A stretch of 64,000 nt of DNA from Piromyces finnis finn (Eukaryota; Fungi; Neocallimastigomycota), in contig MCFH01000055.1 in assembly GCA_002104945.1 (NCBI GenBank), positions 311,654-375,653 on the forward strand, in the 5' to 3' direction. Numbering within the stretch: the stretch's first letter is position 1; each line of letters opens with the position of its first letter. Positions 59,353 through 64,000 of this stretch are shown piece after piece. The translations under genes and the position numbers were made by a program. Under the pieces are notes generated by a model. It worked only from the letters and a program-made list of their open reading frames with translations, was not told the origin of the DNA and searched no databases.

Positions 59353-59951
59353 GATTAAAAAACATTTTATTCATCAAATTTAAGTATTTGATGAATAAGT
59401 GAATGTTTGATTTTTCAGGTAAGTTTGTATAGTATTTAATTAGAAGAGTAATACATTTTGTTGCTGTATTTTTTCTTTTATTCATGTATTCATGTAGTAC
59501 TACTCTTCTCTTGTAAGAATCCAATGTAGTCAACTTTAGCATTTGCATTGTACTTTTATATTCATGTAGCTATTGTTGTATTGTTTCTTGTAAGAGACTG
59601 ATTCACTCTACATCATGTAAAAATACTATTCACAAGCTTTCTGGTGTCGACATTCTTGATTCAAATTTTTTACCAATTTAAATATTTAATGAAAAGTAAA
59701 GTCAAACAAGTTTAGTGTCAAAAAGCGATTCGAATTTACTAACAACAAACCAAAACTAGAATTTTTAAAGAAAATTTACAACTAGAATTCAAAAAATAAG
59801 AAACTTTAAACAAAGCATCGTAACAATTTTTGTACTATCCAGTACTTTTAAGAAGAGAGAGAGAGACAGATTTTTTTCCATATACGTTATATTTGTAATT
59901 TTTATTAGTATTTATTTTATATTCAATATTTTTTAATTAGAATTTATTATC

Positions 59952-62900
59952 ATGTCAGTCCTTTATATTAAAGATAAGAATTATATCAGACGTGGTACCC
60001 GGTCTTATGGTATCCCCTTAGATGATATTCGCTCCTTCTTTATCCGTGGTATTCGATCATGGTCAGTAAATATGCTATGGGAAAAACTCGAGGTTATTCT
60101 AGAAGATAAATTTAATTCAGTTATTAGTGTTAAATATTTTCAAACTTTCAATGATCACTTTTTCTTAGTCAAGGTTCATGGTTCATCAAAAGATTGTATT
60201 AAAATCTTACACATGTTAAAGAAGAAACTTTCAGTTACCTCAATTTCCTTTTCAGCTCGTAGTAGAAGGAATCACAAATACACTTTTTCCACTCTCAAAC
60301 GTAAAATTTTAGTTTCTAATAAACATCAACATTCTATTCAACAATCATTTCAACAATCAGTTCAACAATCAGTTCAACAATCTCATCAACAATCCGATCT
60401 TCAACGAGATCTTCAACAGGATCTTCAACAAGTTTCCCATCATGAAAATATTCCAGATCTACAGCAAACACAATTTCAATCTCAACATTCAACAATTAAT
60501 TCTAATAGTTCTATCAACTCTGATAACAGTTCAATAGTTGATAGTTCTTCAGTTTCACAGCCATCTAGTAATAGTTCTACTTATTCCTCTGATGCATCAT
60601 CCATTAATAACGATGACTTTAATAATAATAATAATAGCAACGATTCTTCCTCATCCAACAAGCCTGATAACTTTTCTTTTTGTCTTAGTTGGAACACCAA
60701 TGGGTGGAATCATGAAAAGAGAGATAGTATTAGCTATTTCACAGCTATTTTCAAACCATTATTCTTATGTTTCCAAGAAACTGGTAATGGTTCTGGATCG
60801 AATACAGATTATCCTTGTCGTGTTACTTTGCGAAACTATAGACACTTTTTCAAGAAAGCTGACGAATCAGTTCCGGGAATGAGAGGTTTATATTTAGGTT
60901 TTCACAATTCGTGTCAAGCCTCACTTGAAAACTTCTCTGGAAAGTATATTATTTCTATTTATACTTTTAGTCTCTGGAATAGATTCAAATGCTCGATTGG
61001 AAATGTTTATATGCCTCATAGTCATCACAACATCTATGTTGATCATGCAAAGTTAGAAGTTCGCTTGTGGTTACAAACTCATTCATCCCATCCATCGATT
61101 CTTGTTGGTGATTTTAATATGTCTAAAGTAAAATTATCCAACTGGTTATCAACTAATGGATTAGGAGATTGGGAAATTCTTCCGCTTAGAGGGTCTACTA
61201 TCTCTTGGACTCGAGGTGAACAATCTTCCGACATTGACCATGCTCTTATCAATTCGAAGATGAAAGATCTTATTCACTCAGGATCATTTATAAATAATTT
61301 TTATCCTGTATCAGACCATAAGCCACTTCTTATTAATGGTAAAATTATTCCTATGGAAGATTTTTCTAATGACTTTAACGTTCCTAAGAAAATTCTGAAA
61401 TGGAATAGATTAAAATGTATTGAGGAAAAGGAATCTATTCTCAGTCATAATAAATTCCAAATACTTTCAGCAAAATTCAACGATCCTAATGTTTCTACAG
61501 ATGATCTTTCCAAAGAATTTACTTCAACTGCTTTTTCAATTGCAGACGAGCTCAGTATTACCTCAGCAAATAATGTTATAAAGTCTTCATTTCATATTTC
61601 ACAACAAATTTTTAATCTCCAAAAAATCAAAATGAAGTTGTATAAGAGATTTAAAAAAGAAAGAATTTATGATATAGATGAATTTATTAAAAGAATTAAA
61701 ATCTACCGTAAGCTCATTGATTACATCCACAAAAGATGTAATGAATTTAGGAAACAAGAATATCTTCATTGGATTAAAACAGGATGTGAGTATATGAAGA
61801 GTCATAATCCTAAGAAGGCCTGGAAATGGATCAAGAAAACTGCAAAAATTGGAAAAGATTCTTTCTTTATTGCTCAACCAATTAAAAATAAAAATGGAGA
61901 GTTAGTTGTTGCTACGGAAGAACAACTAGATGTGTGGCATGATCATTTCGAAAATCTTGCATCAGATCCAAGTGGCGTAAGTCTTGATTTGGAGCATTGG
62001 TATGAAGAACCAACGAATAAACGTTTTTCACTCCCTATGCTTGATGAATGGGATATCAACCAAGATATTAGTATTGATGAAGTCAAGTCAGCTATCCTCT
62101 CTACTCCGAATTATAAAGCATCAGGTCCGGATGGTATTCCAATTGAATTTTACAAAGCATTAATTCCATCAAGTAATGATTCTAATAATGCTACAGATAA
62201 TAATTCTTCCGGTAATACCACTTCAGATAATGATTCTTATGGTTTAAATTTTATTCTTAAATTATACAACCGTATTTGGGATGGAGACTTCCCCAACTCA
62301 TGGAATGAATCCAGTATTGTTTCTATTCCTAAGAAGGGAGATTTGACAGATTGTGATAACTATCGAGGTATATCACTTATCAATAATGGTATTAAGTTGA
62401 TTTCCAAAATTGTCACCACTAGAATCTCAGAATATGGTCTAAAGAATAATTTCATTAGACCTGAACAATTTGGTTTTCGAAAAAAGGAAGAAAGTATCAG
62501 TCTTTTCATTTCAATCCAAGAAATATGCCGTAGACGTCAATTAGATAATAAAGAGACATATTTGGCCTTTTTAGATCTCAGGAAAGCATACGATTCAGTC
62601 CCAATCGGTAATATTCTCCATAAATTAGATTGTTTAGGAATCCGAGGTAAGAGTTTACAATTCATCAAAAATTTATATTTAACATCTAAGGCTAATGTCA
62701 AATTAGATGGACAATTCTCGAAATCTTTTGATGTGAAGAAAGGAGTCCGTCAAGGATGCCCTCTTTCTCCTATTCTCTTTAATCTCTTTATTAATGATAT
62801 ATTTAAAGAGTGTGAAGATCTCGGAGTCAGTTTAGGTGACACTCGATGCTGTGGTGGACTTTTTGCAGATGATATAGTTATTTGTGCTCCAACAAGAGGA

Positions 62901-64000
62901 TGCTTAAAAAAGATGCTTAGAAGAGTTAATGAATGGGCCTTGTATAATGAAATGGAATTTGGTATCCAGAAATGTTCAACGATGGTGATTCGTCCTGAAT
63001 CAATAGAAAATCAGAACAAGAGAGATCCAACATTTTACTTAGCAGGACAACCCATTCCAACTACTGATTGTTATACTTATCTTGGTGTTCCATTTGATAA
63101 GAATCTGTCCCTTAAACCAGTTATTAAAGCTCTTAATAACAAGGTTTTGAAAGGACTTTTCTCAGTCAGTAAATTCTTAAGAAATCCTAATATTCCTATT
63201 CCCTTCAAAAAGCTAGTACTTAACTCACAAGTGATTAGCAGAGTTTCATACTTTGCACCATTACTTGGATCCAACAAAGCCAGGTCTAGGATTGCACAGA
63301 AGCATGTTAACAAAGGAATACGATGGGTTGCCGGAGTTCATAAAGCTGTATCGTTTATATCTTTATACTCTATCTCAAAAGATTTGAATATTCCTCCATT
63401 GTCAGCCAAATGTGCATTAGCTCAGGTTAGATGTTTTAACAAATGGAAAAACTCAAATTGTATTATCTCACACCTTGTCAATTACATTCCTAAATTTAGA
63501 AAATACACGTGGTGCAAATCAAGTAGGACACTTGATAAAAAACTAAAGAAACATGGAGATGTTAAAGCAGTTAAAAACTTTTATTGGAAAGATCTCAAAG
63601 GGAATTCAATCAAAGCGCAATATTATGATGATAATAAGTTTATTGATACTAAAGATTTTATTAAATTATGTTATGAGTACCCAGAGTTTGCCTATGGCTT
63701 CTACTGGCTATTGAAAGCAAGAAGCGGATACAAGTTGGATGCTAGAGTTGCCAAAGCTGCCAAATTTGTTGATCCAGTTTGTCCTAACTACTGTCCATGT
63801 TGCAAGTGTGGAGATCAAAGTATTAAACATTGGTTATTAGATTGTCCAACATTTAGAGATATCCGTATTAAACATTATGATTCCATAGTCCAGCTATTAA
63901 ATTTTTTCAGTCAACGTAATTCCAATAGTCCTATCAATAATAATGAAATTGATAATATCAGTAGAGATAGTAATAATATTAATAGCAATAGTCCAATAGT
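59952..64000 (+). mobile_element. Non-LTR retrotransposon (LINE), single ORF: RRM-like, Q/S/N linker, APE endonuclease, RT, Cys/His knuckle; runs off the right edge
   Basis: Frame is open from ATG 59952 to the edge (>1349 codons). APE motifs: SWNTNG, FQET, NVYMP, LVGDFN, DIDHAL, SDHKP. RT motifs: KASGPDGIP, PKKGDLTDCDNYRGISL, QFGFR, FLDLRKAYDSV, GVRQGCPLSPILF, LFADD, YTYLG. Knuckle: CPCCKCGDQSIKHWLLDC. Confidence 0.96.

Noticed and set aside
59895-59940. Possible 46-nt GT-AG intron in the LINE 5' UTR
   Set aside because: The signals are generic in AT-rich DNA and there is no reading-frame constraint to test it.
60538-63313. Alternate-frame and antisense ORFs within the LINE (60538, 61599, 63077)
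   Set aside because: Shadows of the main APE-RT frame with no independent motifs.

Overview
Very AT-rich, intron-dense eukaryotic DNA. Composition, intron style and gene content point to an anaerobic gut fungus (Neocallimastigomycota); this taxonomic call is an inference. The window is bracketed by two retrotransposon ORFs that run off the edges and so are missing from the ORF track: a Ty1/copia gag-protease-integrase ORF on the minus strand (<1-1934) and a single-ORF non-LTR element (RRM-like, APE, RT, Zn knuckle; 59952->64000). Between them, by manual exon joining: ADE2, DHX35, cytosolic LeuRS, CHMP7, YPI1, an IBTK/Btb1-like gene, PEX12, RPS21, F1-ATPase delta (ATP16), RNA15/CstF-64, ArgRS, a Myb-like/Asn-rich orphan, PRP3, Integrator subunit 8, a coiled-coil protein, eIF5A and tRNA-Leu(CAA). 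The best leads are: (1) an apparently intact LINE whose upstream region is a recently duplicated array of RNA-like hairpins starting 36 bp after a tRNA gene, a candidate tRNA-gene-targeted non-LTR system in fungi; (2) an AT-AC intron without U12 consensus splitting the RRM of RNA15; (3) a GluRS-type GST-like domain fused to ArgRS; (4) a full-length fungal INTS8 with a degenerate PP2A-recruiting motif; (5) an F1 delta subunit that has lost its c-ring-contact motif. All homology calls come from remembered motifs, not database searches.
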